A stretch of 62,276 nucleotides of DNA, the filler included, from Globobulimina sp. (Eukaryota), in NCBI GenBank assembly GCA_003354225.1. It is 34 parts of 34 records of this genome, joined end to end, with 100 filler letters (N's around TTAATTAATTAA, not from the genome) between each part and the next. Parts side by side here need not be neighbours in the genome. Positions count along the whole stretch, not along the records: positions 47,705 to 49,438 come from PIVH01012569.1; positions 49,539 to 51,272 come from PIVH01012570.1; positions 51,373 to 53,106 come from PIVH01012571.1; positions 53,207 to 54,940 come from PIVH01012572.1; positions 55,041 to 56,774 come from PIVH01012573.1; positions 56,875 to 58,608 come from PIVH01012574.1; positions 58,709 to 60,442 come from PIVH01012575.1; 27 more parts are not named here. One strand, 5' to 3'. Positions 47,717 through 58,776 of the stretch are shown one piece after another. The notes below the pieces were generated by a model that worked only from the letters and a program-made list of their open reading frames with translations, did not search any database and was not told where the DNA came from. Every line of letters starts with the position of its first letter. Position 1 is the first letter of the stretch. The translations under genes and the position numbers were made by a program.

Positions 47717-49435
47717 TCATTTGTTTGTATCTTTATCTTTATTCTCCATTTGCAACATTCCAATTTGTTTCATTTTTGAATACAATTTCTTTTGTTTCTT
47801 AATGGAATAATCTTGCAATTTACATAATAATTTGTCGCATAAATCCTGCTGTTTCACTAATTCTAATACAATGGACTCGTGTTTTATATTACATTCATAG
47901 ATTTCATTGCAATTTATCGAATTATTATTTCCTTCGTGTTCGCCCGGAGGACACATATTTTTTATCTTATTTAACATTGTTAACAGAATCTCCATTGTCC
48001 CCGCTTTGATGTTATGTTTTGCGAAACGAATAATCGACGATATTTTCGCAGAGATTGATAAATAATTTGCTTCATTTTGTTTCATATTATTTAAATCAAA
48101 CTTTTTTATGATGCCGATTTTATCTTTAATTTCTTTTTTGAATCTTTTGTTTTTGCCATGGAATTCTTTCTTTAATTTGATTAAATACTCATTGTATAAA
48201 ATACATTCGTACTTATAATCTAATAACTGTTTGCCATAAATTATTAATTTCTTATTCTTATTTAATAATTCATCAATCTCATCCATTAATATTTTTGCTT
48301 GGGATGGCATGGACGATGCATTCGAGGCATTGGTATTTAAATATTTTACATATTTCTTCATTAAATTATAAGATTCATTTCGTAGCAACGAAATATCACT
48401 GGTCGAACATACATATTCTTCAATATCTAATTTGATATTTTTCGATTTCTCTTTTTTATCATCTTTATTATCTTCGTTTTTTATGTTGGATATAATTTTA
48501 TTATTTTTTTCAACCAATTTGCTTGTATCAATATTCAAATCGCGTTTTAATTCTTTATGAAGCTCAGTTACTTTGCAAATTGCAATTTTTTCATTCATAT
48601 CAACATCTTTGCTGCAATCGTCGGTGTCGGTGTTGCTTAATTGTTGCTGCAACAATGAGATTAAATGTCCTTTTTTATTCCGATCATCACCGGTTCCATA
48701 TACATCGCATTCATTATATCCTTGCACATTATTTTTTTTACTATTCATATTGCCACCGGATTTAAGAAATAGTATAACTGTTAAAGTCTTAAATTCTCTC
48801 TGCAATAATTTCTTAAATTTATCCGCTGCGTAGCTTTTATAGGGACCCATTAAGTGTTTATTTAAATCTTTGCACAATTTATTTGTATATTGCTTCCAAT
48901 TTAAATTCTTACTCACAACGTGTAATAGGTTGACTTGTGATATTTTATCAGTGATTAATTTATCATTATAAATATAAGAGATATGATTGTTTTTATCAAT
49001 AAATGTTTGTAATACGCCGTAAATGCCGCCATATACCTTATCATAGCAACCGCCAATCCGTGCATCAATCATATAAATGTGTGATTTATCTGTAACGCGG
49101 CTATCGTCATTCAGTATGCATTCCATATACGATTTGTTATGAATATCAATTAAGTCATTGCTGGATAATGGAATACATGCAATCTTATCACTTGTTGCAG
49201 AATATTCATTGGCGTACCACGATTTTTTAGATGCATTAAACAAAAATCGTTGAATATATGCATTTAAATCATGTTGAATTCGATGAAATAATGGTTGCTG
49301 CTTTAAATCATTTTGTGTATGATTATTGTTGTTATTATTATTATTATTAATATTATTGGTATTTGTATTACTTTCGTGCGAATGGGTTCTTTTAATTTTT
49401 GTGCTGCGTGGCTTTTGCTTTGGTGTTAGTGACAT
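47717..49435 (-). CDS. Hypothetical coiled-coil protein
   Basis: 572 open codons, poly-N tract, K/E/L-rich helical C-terminal half; not recognised. Confidence 0.6.
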   Translation of the reverse strand: MSLTPKQKPRSTKIKRTHSHESNTNTNNINNNNNNNNNHTQNDLKQQPLFHRIQHDLNAYIQRFLFNASKKSWYANEYSATSDKIACIPLSSNDLIDIHNKSYMECILNDDSRVTDKSHIYMIDARIGGCYDKVYGGIYGVLQTFIDKNNHISYIYNDKLITDKISQVNLLHVVSKNLNWKQYTNKLCKDLNKHLMGPYKSYAADKFKKLLQREFKTLTVILFLKSGGNMNSKKNNVQGYNECDVYGTGDDRNKKGHLISLLQQQLSNTDTDDCSKDVDMNEKIAICKVTELHKELKRDLNIDTSKLVEKNNKIISNIKNEDNKDDKKEKSKNIKLDIEEYVCSTSDISLLRNESYNLMKKYVKYLNTNASNASSMPSQAKILMDEIDELLNKNKKLIIYGKQLLDYKYECILYNEYLIKLKKEFHGKNKRFKKEIKDKIGIIKKFDLNNMKQNEANYLSISAKISSIIRFAKHNIKAGTMEILLTMLNKIKNMCPPGEHEGNNNSINCNEIYECNIKHESIVLELVKQQDLCDKLLCKLQDYSIKKQKKLYSKMKQIGMLQMENKDKDTNK

Positions 49436-49538
49436 TGTNNNNNNNNNNNNNNNNNNNNNNNNNNNNNNNNNNNNNNNNNNNNTTAATTAATTAANNNNNN
49501 NNNNNNNNNNNNNNNNNNNNNNNNNNNNNNNNNNNNNN

Positions 49539-49797
49539 GAAATCCAGAAAAATCAATGAAATGGCATCAGATGAATTATTCTATAAAGTTTATGTTAAGA
49601 AATCAGAGATTAGTTTCAAATTAGCTAAATTAAGAATGGTTGTGCATAATTCCAAAAGCAATTGGTTGTATGAGAAAACATGGGATGAAGTTATATATAT
49701 CGATCCGACATTGACGGAAGCTGCAATGACTGCCATTATGAATAATATCGTAAATCCAGTCATTGCAGATTATGAGAAAATTATGGATAAAAAATGA
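49539..49797 (+). CDS. Hypothetical protein C-terminal fragment
   Basis: Frame open from the contig edge to TGA at 49797. Confidence 0.35.
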
Positions 49798-50422
49798 TAG
49801 AAAAATCATGATCAATGTAACTCTAATGTTGTGTGAATGTTATCACAGTTATGAGTCTTATGACTTATGTGCTATGACTTATGTTATTCAAACAGCAATT
49901 TAATTGAATGTCTTTGTGATATAATTTACAATTCTATAATCATTTCCCAATACGTTACTCTAGATAATTCTAGTAGCCGTATAAACAATCTGTGAAACAC
50001 TCGTTTTTAATTTTCATTGTGGTGATCGGATTTCAAGTTTTAGAGTTGATAGTTGTGACTGCAGTGAAGGTCAATGGGAAATTCTTAGAATGCGTAAATA
50101 TCCATATCTATCCAACCGCCAAGGAACTATTAAGCATATAATGAAACAGCAGTTACACACAGACCATATAACTTATTGCTGACATCACTGTGTAAATATT
50201 TATGGGACAATGAAAATTGTCTATCCTTTCAAAATAATACTTGTTTTTAAATTGGTGTTGAAGTGCTGAAACAATATACTTTGCCTACATTATGAAAAAA
50301 TTATGAATAAACAATGATAAGTAATATAATTATGGTGTTGTGTGAGCTATCGCAGTTATCACACTTATGTGATGTGACTTATGTAATTCAAAGCAAACAA
50401 CAATTTTGTAATTGTCTTTAAT

Positions 50423-51010
50423 TTACAAGTCTGTATGACCGATACTTGCAGCATATTTACGTTGCCATACTTCAGTGACATCATCTAACACATTATTAAT
50501 TAGTCCTGAAATAACATCCATTCCACAGGATCTGTCCTCAACCCAATCACGACTCTTACAACCATGTTTAACACCCAATGTTCTCTTACATTTCTTGCTA
50601 CTCATATTTTGCTTACATGCAACATGTTTCTCTCCCTGAACAATTCTATATTTCCAGATATCATCACTTTGATTCACGTAAACTTCAACTTTCCAGGCAC
50701 CAAATATAAAACCAGCTTGTGCACCATTTATTGAATCAGGTCTAACATACGTTGTATATTTTGCATATCCAGCAATCATTGCAAGTTTCACAGCATCATA
50801 GATTGCATCTAAATCTTGTGATGATATTGTAATACCTTTGGAACTGATCGATTCTTTCCATTGTTGTGTGTTAAACGCAGAATATGTTAATATTCCATCA
50901 TCGTACACAACTTTGGCTTTATTTGCAGTGTCATAAACTGCGTATACGTTACCGGACCACGTTTTGACTCTGGTTCCAAATAGTTTGCCATTAACAACAC
51001 AGGCTAATAT
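50423..51010 (-). CDS. Hypothetical, probably secreted protein (start unresolved)
   Basis: Frame extends upstream of the called ORF to ILACVVNG-KLFG; four-Cys basic loop CKQ..KCKRTLGVKHGC..RSC. Confidence 0.5.
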   Translation of the reverse strand: MLACVVNGKLFGTRVKTWSGNVYAVYDTANKAKVVYDDGILTYSAFNTQQWKESISSKGITISSQDLDAIYDAVKLAMIAGYAKYTTYVRPDSINGAQAGFIFGAWKVEVYVNQSDDIWKYRIVQGEKHVACKQNMSSKKCKRTLGVKHGCKSRDWVEDRSCGMDVISGLINNVLDDVTEVWQRKYAASIGHTDL

Positions 51011-51092
51011 ACTGAGTTAAAATTTGGTGTTCTAAATGAAATGTAGAGAGAAAATTAAACCAAGTGACTGAAGTAAGCTAGTCATCATTAAC

Positions 51093-51272
51093 ATGCCACA
51101 AACATTCCGAATCGATGAGACATTAATAGAAACATTAAAAGGAGCCCCACGAATCGTAAAACATGGTGCAATTGCTGTATTAAACAATCATGAAGTTGTG
51201 TTTGCACCGTACGTTGAATCGACAAAACAACGCTATGTTGTGTGGGGAATACGGAAATATAATATCCATACC
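51093..51272 (+). CDS. Hypothetical (possibly kelch-type propeller) N-terminus, partial
   Basis: ATG-initiated frame open to the contig end; LNNHEVVFAP...GIRKYNIHT. Confidence 0.35.
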
Positions 51273-51372
51273 NNNNNNNNNNNNNNNNNNNNNNNNNNNN
51301 NNNNNNNNNNNNNNNNTTAATTAATTAANNNNNNNNNNNNNNNNNNNNNNNNNNNNNNNNNNNNNNNNNNNN

Positions 51373-52649
51373 ATATCGGCAATGTGTGGCATCTCATCGC
51401 CAACACATTTTCTAAATAATGGCTCGAGAGGAAATTGTGGAAGAATACAGAAATTGACATGGAATGAATATTATCCATCGGAAGCAATTTATATGGGACT
51501 AATTGGAGCACGCTTTGAGAGAAACAATGTGATGGAAAATGCATTAATGGCTGTCAATCCATATCAAAATACAAAAGCTAATGGATACGGACCATTCACT
51601 GCAGCAGCATTTGATGGAAACGATGAAAAGAATGAAAAAGAAAAAGAATTGAATGATGATTTATTTTTACAAAAAGCAGAATTATCTGAGAAAAATAATA
51701 AAAATAATAAAGTAATTTGGAGGGCATTTGAAGAGTTTTATGGCGTGGATTATCTGCCATGTTTTGATGAAATAAATAATAAGTTTGAAGTTGATCACAA
51801 TGATGCTATAAAACAGAGATATTTTAAGCGTGAAGGATGGAGAAATTGTGATTTTTTGGATATGGATATATATAAACGTCGAATAAGCATTTCATTGGAA
51901 TTATTTTTATTTGATGCTGATTATCGAGCAAAGCAATATAAACAAATGTATGCTAATCATTTACCAAAAGATAAATTAAAGGGTGCATATTGTCATATTG
52001 TTGGATTGGGTATGCTTTATATGTGTGGATATATAACATGTTTAATAATAATTAATTATAATTATTAATAATAGGAACTGGAGTTTGGTCATTTGAGAAA
52101 AGAGAACAAAACCGAATTATTGTAGAGGCTGCAGCAGAGATTATAAATAATACAAATTTGCGCAATATTGACTGTGTTTATTTCTCGTGGATTGGTGTCA
52201 GTGATGAAGTAAAGGAAGAGATGTTCGATTCCTTTGGCGGCGATGAATATTATTTAAGAGATGTGAAGGGTCATGCAATTGGTATTAAATTTGGTCGTAG
52301 AGAGCCTGCGGATGAATTAGAAGAACCATATACAAATTGCTTAACCGTAGCAATGTTTGCTTGGGATAGTAATGCTTTTGTGGGAAATGAATATTATCAC
52401 CGAATGTTATCAGCGTCTGGTGATCCGGCGGCTGCCTCATGTTCCACAATATCATTTGTTCAGAATTCAGAAATAAATAAAGAATACATTACAGGAGAAA
52501 ATGCAGGGATATATTTTTATGATCAACAAACCCAAGATTATGAATTTTATAAATTGGGAGAGATTGATTTTGAGAAAAATAAAGAAAAATGGCTCAAAAA
52601 ATCTATTTTAAGTATACCATATAAACGAAATAAATTCAAAAATCTATGA
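51373..52649 (+). CDS. MavL-like / DUF4804 macrodomain-related protein; intron 52010-52074; 5'-partial
   Basis: FLNNGSRGN, GLIGARFE, YKRRISIS, HIVGLG|TGVW, FAWDSNAFVGNEYY, LSASGDPAAASCSTI: the DUF4804 signature blocks. Confidence 0.8.
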
Positions 52650-53511
52650 CAAACGTGTATAGAACCTTTTTTCCGTCATTATAATGAAAAAACACTACGG
52701 CGTGTCATGTTGTTTGCTAATCCTTGTAGAAGCTGTCACAAATTCAAAATATAGGAACGGATATATTCCAAAAAGCTATTTTTTTATACTAAGCTATCAT
52801 TCATTCATTCTCTTTTAATTTACAGTGTATCTGATCTGAGTGTAATATTTTGTGGAAGAGTCTACAAAATTTCAATGAGGGCTTGAGCTTTGTCGTTCGC
52901 CTAAATTAAAATTTTCGTATGGTTGCTCTTTAACAATCCTTATTTTTATATATATTTGATATATTTTATTAATAACATTGGTTTTTTTTTAATTTTGTTA
53001 CAATGTGTTTTGTTGTTATTTTGCTTCAAGTTGTGATATTTTTGTTTATCATTGCACATAGAAAAAAAGGACCAGCAGCTAGTTAAAGAAAACAAGAAAA
53101 GTAAAANNNNNNNNNNNNNNNNNNNNNNNNNNNNNNNNNNNNNNNNNNNNTTAATTAATTAANNNNNNNNNNNNNNNNNNNNNNNNNNNNNNNNNNNNNN
53201 NNNNNNCCGATCGGAGTTTAACGGTCCAAACTGCTCTAATTTTCAGTGCAAACTACATTTAATGGAATAGCCACCTCACCCAACTGACGATCTACGTACA
53301 ACACATTTGCGGTAGAATGCACATAATGACTTATTTGTTTCCGATGGGTTGATTGCGCAGTCGATGATGAATGGGTTTGTGACGACATTTGTCATGTATG
53401 GACGGGAATAATTTGGTGAGCAACGAACCAACACTGCTATACGTTGACGTCAACTTCCATATATTGACAAATTATACTGAGCTCATTTTAAATTAATCTG
53501 TCACATATCAT

Positions 53512-54789
53512 ATGGACACAGTACTGGAAGCCACAATAAATCGAATCAAAACATTAAACGATGACATTGATAAACTGAAAGATGATCTCAATTATACACT
53601 AAATAACATATCAAAACCAGAGGCAAAAGCTGCTTTAACTCAAACTGGATTCACTCAAACATGTTTTTCTTTATTTGCCAATGAATTCCTATCGCCATCC
53701 CATTGGGTGCAGATTTTGCAAATCCTTCAAAAATTGGCTGCACTCTATTCAACAAGAAACATAATAAAACAATATATTGCAGACATTGCTAAATTGCTGC
53801 AATCTGACGATGAAAATGTCAGATACAATGCATGCAAACTCGTAAGCACTGTCTGTTTCTTTCAAGATTCGATAAATGCAATGACAGACTCCGAAATAGT
53901 TGAAATATTTTACGATTTATTATTTGACGATAATTACAACGTCGTTTCAGAAACATTACACTCGTTATCATTGATAACCAATTATATCCGCAGTACGCCA
54001 GAAAAAGTGGTTGCAAAGTTGGTGCAAATTGTGTCCAACACAGATAAAAATGCTATGGATATACATCGCTGTGAAAGTAATTTAAAATGTTTATGGAATA
54101 TTTGCACAAAATGGGAAATCAAAGAAATTGCGATTAAACACGGCATTGTTGGATCAATTGGAACATCAAAATTTTTGTCAACGTCATATGCGAAACAAGA
54201 AGCCAATGTAACTCGATGTGCCACAGGTTTATTGATTGCAATTTCAGTGTGTGAGAGCGGCAAAAATTCGATAATAGCAAATAAAAATATTATTACCTCG
54301 TTGTCGTATTTAGTTTCAAACAAAAGAATTGATAAAGATATACAAAGTAACAGTGGTATGGTGCTGTGTAATATTAGTGACCATCCAAACGGATTATTGT
54401 TGATTGGAAAGCAATTAATACACAAAAATTCATTGATGATCGAGCTATTTGGCAATGACAAATCGGCCACAATTTGTCATTCTGAAATGAAAAACGAACA
54501 AACATTGATTCAACAGTCTGCAGTACAATTATTAGCAATAATGGCACAGAAAAAAGATGGTGTTGATGCAGTGTGGAAATGTTTGAATATATTGCCGGAG
54601 TTAATTGATATATTTATGTCAGCTGAAAAGGTAAGAATTATTTCATTATCTTTGGATTGTATCATTATGCTATGTCAGTCAAATGAAACGGCACAGAAAA
54701 TTTTACGAAAAGAGGCCCGGCGAAGCCAACCCTTCTTTCAAACTGCAAACAAAATTGAAGAACTACGACCATTTCTTGCCGAAATCTAA
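53512..54789 (+). CDS. Armadillo-repeat protein (RSPH14/RTDR1-like)
   Basis: ARM repeats LLQSDDENVRYNAC, VTRCATGLLIAISVCESGK, VLCNISDHPNG. Confidence 0.6.
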   Translation: MDTVLEATINRIKTLNDDIDKLKDDLNYTLNNISKPEAKAALTQTGFTQTCFSLFANEFLSPSHWVQILQILQKLAALYSTRNIIKQYIADIAKLLQSDDENVRYNACKLVSTVCFFQDSINAMTDSEIVEIFYDLLFDDNYNVVSETLHSLSLITNYIRSTPEKVVAKLVQIVSNTDKNAMDIHRCESNLKCLWNICTKWEIKEIAIKHGIVGSIGTSKFLSTSYAKQEANVTRCATGLLIAISVCESGKNSIIANKNIITSLSYLVSNKRIDKDIQSNSGMVLCNISDHPNGLLLIGKQLIHKNSLMIELFGNDKSATICHSEMKNEQTLIQQSAVQLLAIMAQKKDGVDAVWKCLNILPELIDIFMSAEKVRIISLSLDCIIMLCQSNETAQKILRKEARRSQPFFQTANKIEELRPFLAEI

Positions 54790-55040
54790 TGTGATTTGAT
54801 CACAACAAATTGTATAAATTCATTGTAATGTATTCAACTCGGACTTTCTACGACTACCAAGTTTTTATTTCTTTCAAGTTTTTATTTCTTTGTAATCGGT
54901 ACTCGGAATAACATGAATGAGCATCTTGCTGTTGCTTTGANNNNNNNNNNNNNNNNNNNNNNNNNNNNNNNNNNNNNNNNNNNNTTAATTAATTAANNNN
55001 NNNNNNNNNNNNNNNNNNNNNNNNNNNNNNNNNNNNNNNN

Positions 55041-56774
55041 ATCCGATCTATGACGACCAAACTTTTATCTACGATGAGAATGATATCGGAAATAACAACT
55101 TTGCTAAAACTATCGAAACTAATCTCACTGATGAAGTGAGAGAGTTCGGACGAAAACACAAAATTAACTGTCGATATATCCAACTAACTCATGCTATAGA
55201 CGAACAAACCCAAATTCTATCTGAAAATCTACAAATACCCATGGTGGTAGCTTTAGAATCAATATGTTTCGGGATCCATCTAACTGAAAATGGCAAAAAA
55301 ATTCTATCTAACGAAATTTGGCGTGAATGCATCTACGGATGGGTTGATGGCATCTACAATGGTGAACTTAAAGAAAGAACTTCGGGAAACTAGAATTAAA
55401 GGCTAACTTCGATATTTCTAACTATCATATGGGATCACCATATGATAAGTTACCAAAAAATGAAAATCTAAATTCAAAAATCAAAAATTCAACATTCTTT
55501 ACTAACAATATATATAATGTTTTTAATGTATCAAAATTATGTAAACCTTTATGTAAACCTTCATATATATCCTTGTGTAAACCTGTATGTAAACCTAAAA
55601 ATAATTATGTATGCAAAAAGTTATGTATTAAATATAAACCTTTAACAATCTTGTACAATAATATTAACTCTGTAAATGCCAAAATTGACATTCTACGTAA
55701 TAATGTATCAACTCTAAATCCATCAATCATTTGCTGCGTTGAAACTAAATATAAATCATCTCTACAAACCGATCACATCGAAAACTATGATGGATTCCAT
55801 AAATTCCAATCCAACAACGAATCTGGAGGAATAAGTATTTGGGGACTAAATTCTATCAAACCAACAAAACTCGACATTGATGGAGCTAACGACACAATCA
55901 GCAATCTATACCAATGGATACTAATTCAAAATAACGGACCAACCGCTATATGTGCCGTATATTGGAAAAATCAATCGTTTCCAAAATCTAAAGAAATCAA
56001 TACAGATCTATACAAACGACTATTAAACCATATAGAATGGTGCACAACTAATAATTACGAAGTAATTATAATTGGGGACTTTAATGGTCATATTGGTAAC
56101 GATGAATATGGTATAGAAGGAAACTTAGATTCTATCAATTCTAACGGATCATTAGTACGAGAATTTATAAAATCTTGTAATCTATATCTCGATAATAACA
56201 ACCCCCTAACGGAAGGAAAATGGACATGGGGAAAAAGGCAAAATAACCCAAAAATCTTAGATTTATTATTTCATTCTAAACTAAGCAAACTAACTAAAAT
56301 GCACATAGATGAAGAAAATTGGATCTGGGGAACTGGAAACGGCGACCATTGCTTCATTTATTGTGAAATCGATATATTTCAACACAATATGAACAAAAAT
56401 CTAAATTTAACCGAAAAAACTATACCAAAATGGAATATAAACGACGATAGTGATTGGCTAGGCTATAAAGAAAAGCTAAAAGTTCTAACAACTAATCTAA
56501 ATAACGAACATATTACTATACACAATATCATCGAAAATATGACAATAGCTGGTGAATCTAGTATTGGACATAAGAAAAAACCTGGACAAAAGAAAAGACT
56601 TTCGAATAAAGCAAAGAAATTCAAAACTGACATTACCGAAATAAGAAAGAAATTACGTCACAACGAAGGTGACAAAAAGGAAAAGCTTACGAAATTATTC
56701 GAACTGACAAAAGAACAGAGAAATCTTAGACGAAAAACCGAAATGGCCAGAATCGAAAAAGCCCATAACAAGTG
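55041..56774 (+). mobile_element. Non-LTR retrotransposon (LINE): end of ORF1 (55043-55393, esterase-like) and ORF2 APE endonuclease (55429 onward)
   Basis: ORF2: YNNINS, CCVETK, GGISI, ICAVY, IIIGDFNGH, NSNG, WTW, ILDLLF, GDH. ORF1 ends GIHLTENGKKIL...SGN-stop. Strongly A-rich sense strand. Confidence 0.9.
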
Positions 56775-56874
56775 NNNNNNNNNNNNNNNNNNNNNNNNNN
56801 NNNNNNNNNNNNNNNNNNTTAATTAATTAANNNNNNNNNNNNNNNNNNNNNNNNNNNNNNNNNNNNNNNNNNNN

Positions 56875-57854
56875 ATTTTTTGTATATTATTTTGTACAGG
56901 TTCCACTTCCATATGTTGCCGTATTTCATTCTCAATCAATGACTGACAGCAAATGCACAGTTTCAAAGCATTCAACATTTGCACAAATTTCAAGTAAAAA
57001 TCATTGTTATGCTCAATCATTAAAAAGAGCACAAAAGAAGTGACCATATAATCCATACAACTTATAAATAGCAACGAAACTGTACCAACCACTGAGCGGG
57101 GAATAATGAACAAAAACAGTAACATAAACAACGCCGTTGCCATAATTCCGGTTATTTGATAACACAAAGCCAACGAAACTATTTTATGGAGTATAAATCG
57201 GATTTTTTGATAGATTTTCACATCATTCACTGGCGAATGGTGGTGCACTTGGTATACTTTATAAATGTACAAACATAAAATAACCCAATCTTGAATTACA
57301 AATATGACATATCCGGGAATGGCAATGATATAAAACACCGGCAATCCATATCCAAAACATCCGTAGCCGCCAACTGACAGTGTTTCTGTTGTGAACCATG
57401 GAAAACTCAAAGAAACAACAACTTGAATCCCGATGAGTGTATAAAGTGTAATGAATACAGATGAGTGATATCCATATTTTTTGGAATGAATCTGCGACGC
57501 AGAAAAGCAATATTGCAGTCTGGTGATTTGATACAATGTCAACAGATGTTTGGTGATCATCGATGAAATGATGCCCAATGGATACGTATGGGCACAAATG
57601 GTTGGTATAAATAACCACAAATGAAGCAATGGTCCGATAATACACGATATGAATGTCGCTAATGCTAAAATGTCGAAATATTTGTAATATTTTTGTGTTG
57701 AGCTCGAGTAAACATTGCTGTTGCTATTTTTCTTTCGTTTCATGTTTTTTCGTTCAATCTTAAATATAATAAAAGTAATTAGAATACACAATGAATACAA
57801 TATTCTGCCACACCATGCGCCTGTTTTGAATAACACTTTCCAACTTGGTGCCAT
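56875..57854 (-). CDS. Seven-transmembrane (GPCR-like) protein, 3'-partial
   Basis: About 7 hydrophobic helices; YQITRLQYCF, LYIYKV, MIEHN; distantly similar to the other 7TM genes here. Confidence 0.72.
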
Positions 57855-57905
57855 GTTCAATTATTTTAGATAGCCTGCTTTTGTGAAAATAAAGTGAAAA
57901 GCATC

Positions 57906-58574
57906 ATGGCAGCTAGAAACTATGAGTTAGATTTTAGGAAATGTAAAAAAGTGCAAGCAACGATCAGAGATTCAGTATTTGGATTTGTGCGACAGTTTGA
58001 AAACGAATTGACGAGAAAACAGACGGTGCCACATCTTATTCATCATATCTGTCTATTATATTATTATGAAAATGATGAATGGGATAAGGACACAATTGGG
58101 GATGCTTTAAGTTTATGTGATAATTTATTGACAATTAAACATAATGACAGCACATCGGGACATGGAGCATTGTTAAAAAATATTGTGAATCACGGTAAAC
58201 ATCATTGGAAATTTAGAATAAATAAAATTACTCAAACTGGATTTAATGGCATCATTGGAATGTTTGCATTGTATCCACAAAAAGAAAGGCCTGTTTTAGG
58301 CGTAATTGACTATGCATCATCGCACGCCATTTGTGTAGAAACCGGTCAATATGTTACATTCTTTGGTCATAAGACAACAGATTATGCCATTGGATGTAAA
58401 TCAGGAAATGACATTGTTGAGATGCTTTGTGATGTGAATGAAGGCACTTTGCGGTATATTGTGAATGGAATAGATTATGGCACTGTTGCTTCCACACTCG
58501 ACTCAAATATTGAATATAAGGCTGGAGTTTACATGTATTTACCAAATGATTCTGTTACATTGTTAGATGAATAA
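57906..58574 (+). CDS. SPRY/B30.2-domain protein
   Basis: VFGFVR...VPHLIHHICLLYY...DEWD leader, then HHWKFRI, DIVEMLCDVNEGTLRYIVNGIDYG, YKAGV. Confidence 0.75.
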   Translation: MAARNYELDFRKCKKVQATIRDSVFGFVRQFENELTRKQTVPHLIHHICLLYYYENDEWDKDTIGDALSLCDNLLTIKHNDSTSGHGALLKNIVNHGKHHWKFRINKITQTGFNGIIGMFALYPQKERPVLGVIDYASSHAICVETGQYVTFFGHKTTDYAIGCKSGNDIVEMLCDVNEGTLRYIVNGIDYGTVASTLDSNIEYKAGVYMYLPNDSVTLLDE

Positions 58575-58776
58575 AATACTTTCGCATTTCTAACTGATTT
58601 TTGTTGATNNNNNNNNNNNNNNNNNNNNNNNNNNNNNNNNNNNNNNNNNNNNTTAATTAATTAANNNNNNNNNNNNNNNNNNNNNNNNNNNNNNNNNNNN
58701 NNNNNNNNTGAGCTTATATTGTCTCAAACCAATAATAACACGAAAATAAATATCAACTAACTACTAAATCTACTAT

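Noticed and set aside
54858..54891. 17-bp tandem duplication CAAGTTTTTATTTCTTT
   Set aside because: Simple slippage duplication in a 3' flank; no further structure.
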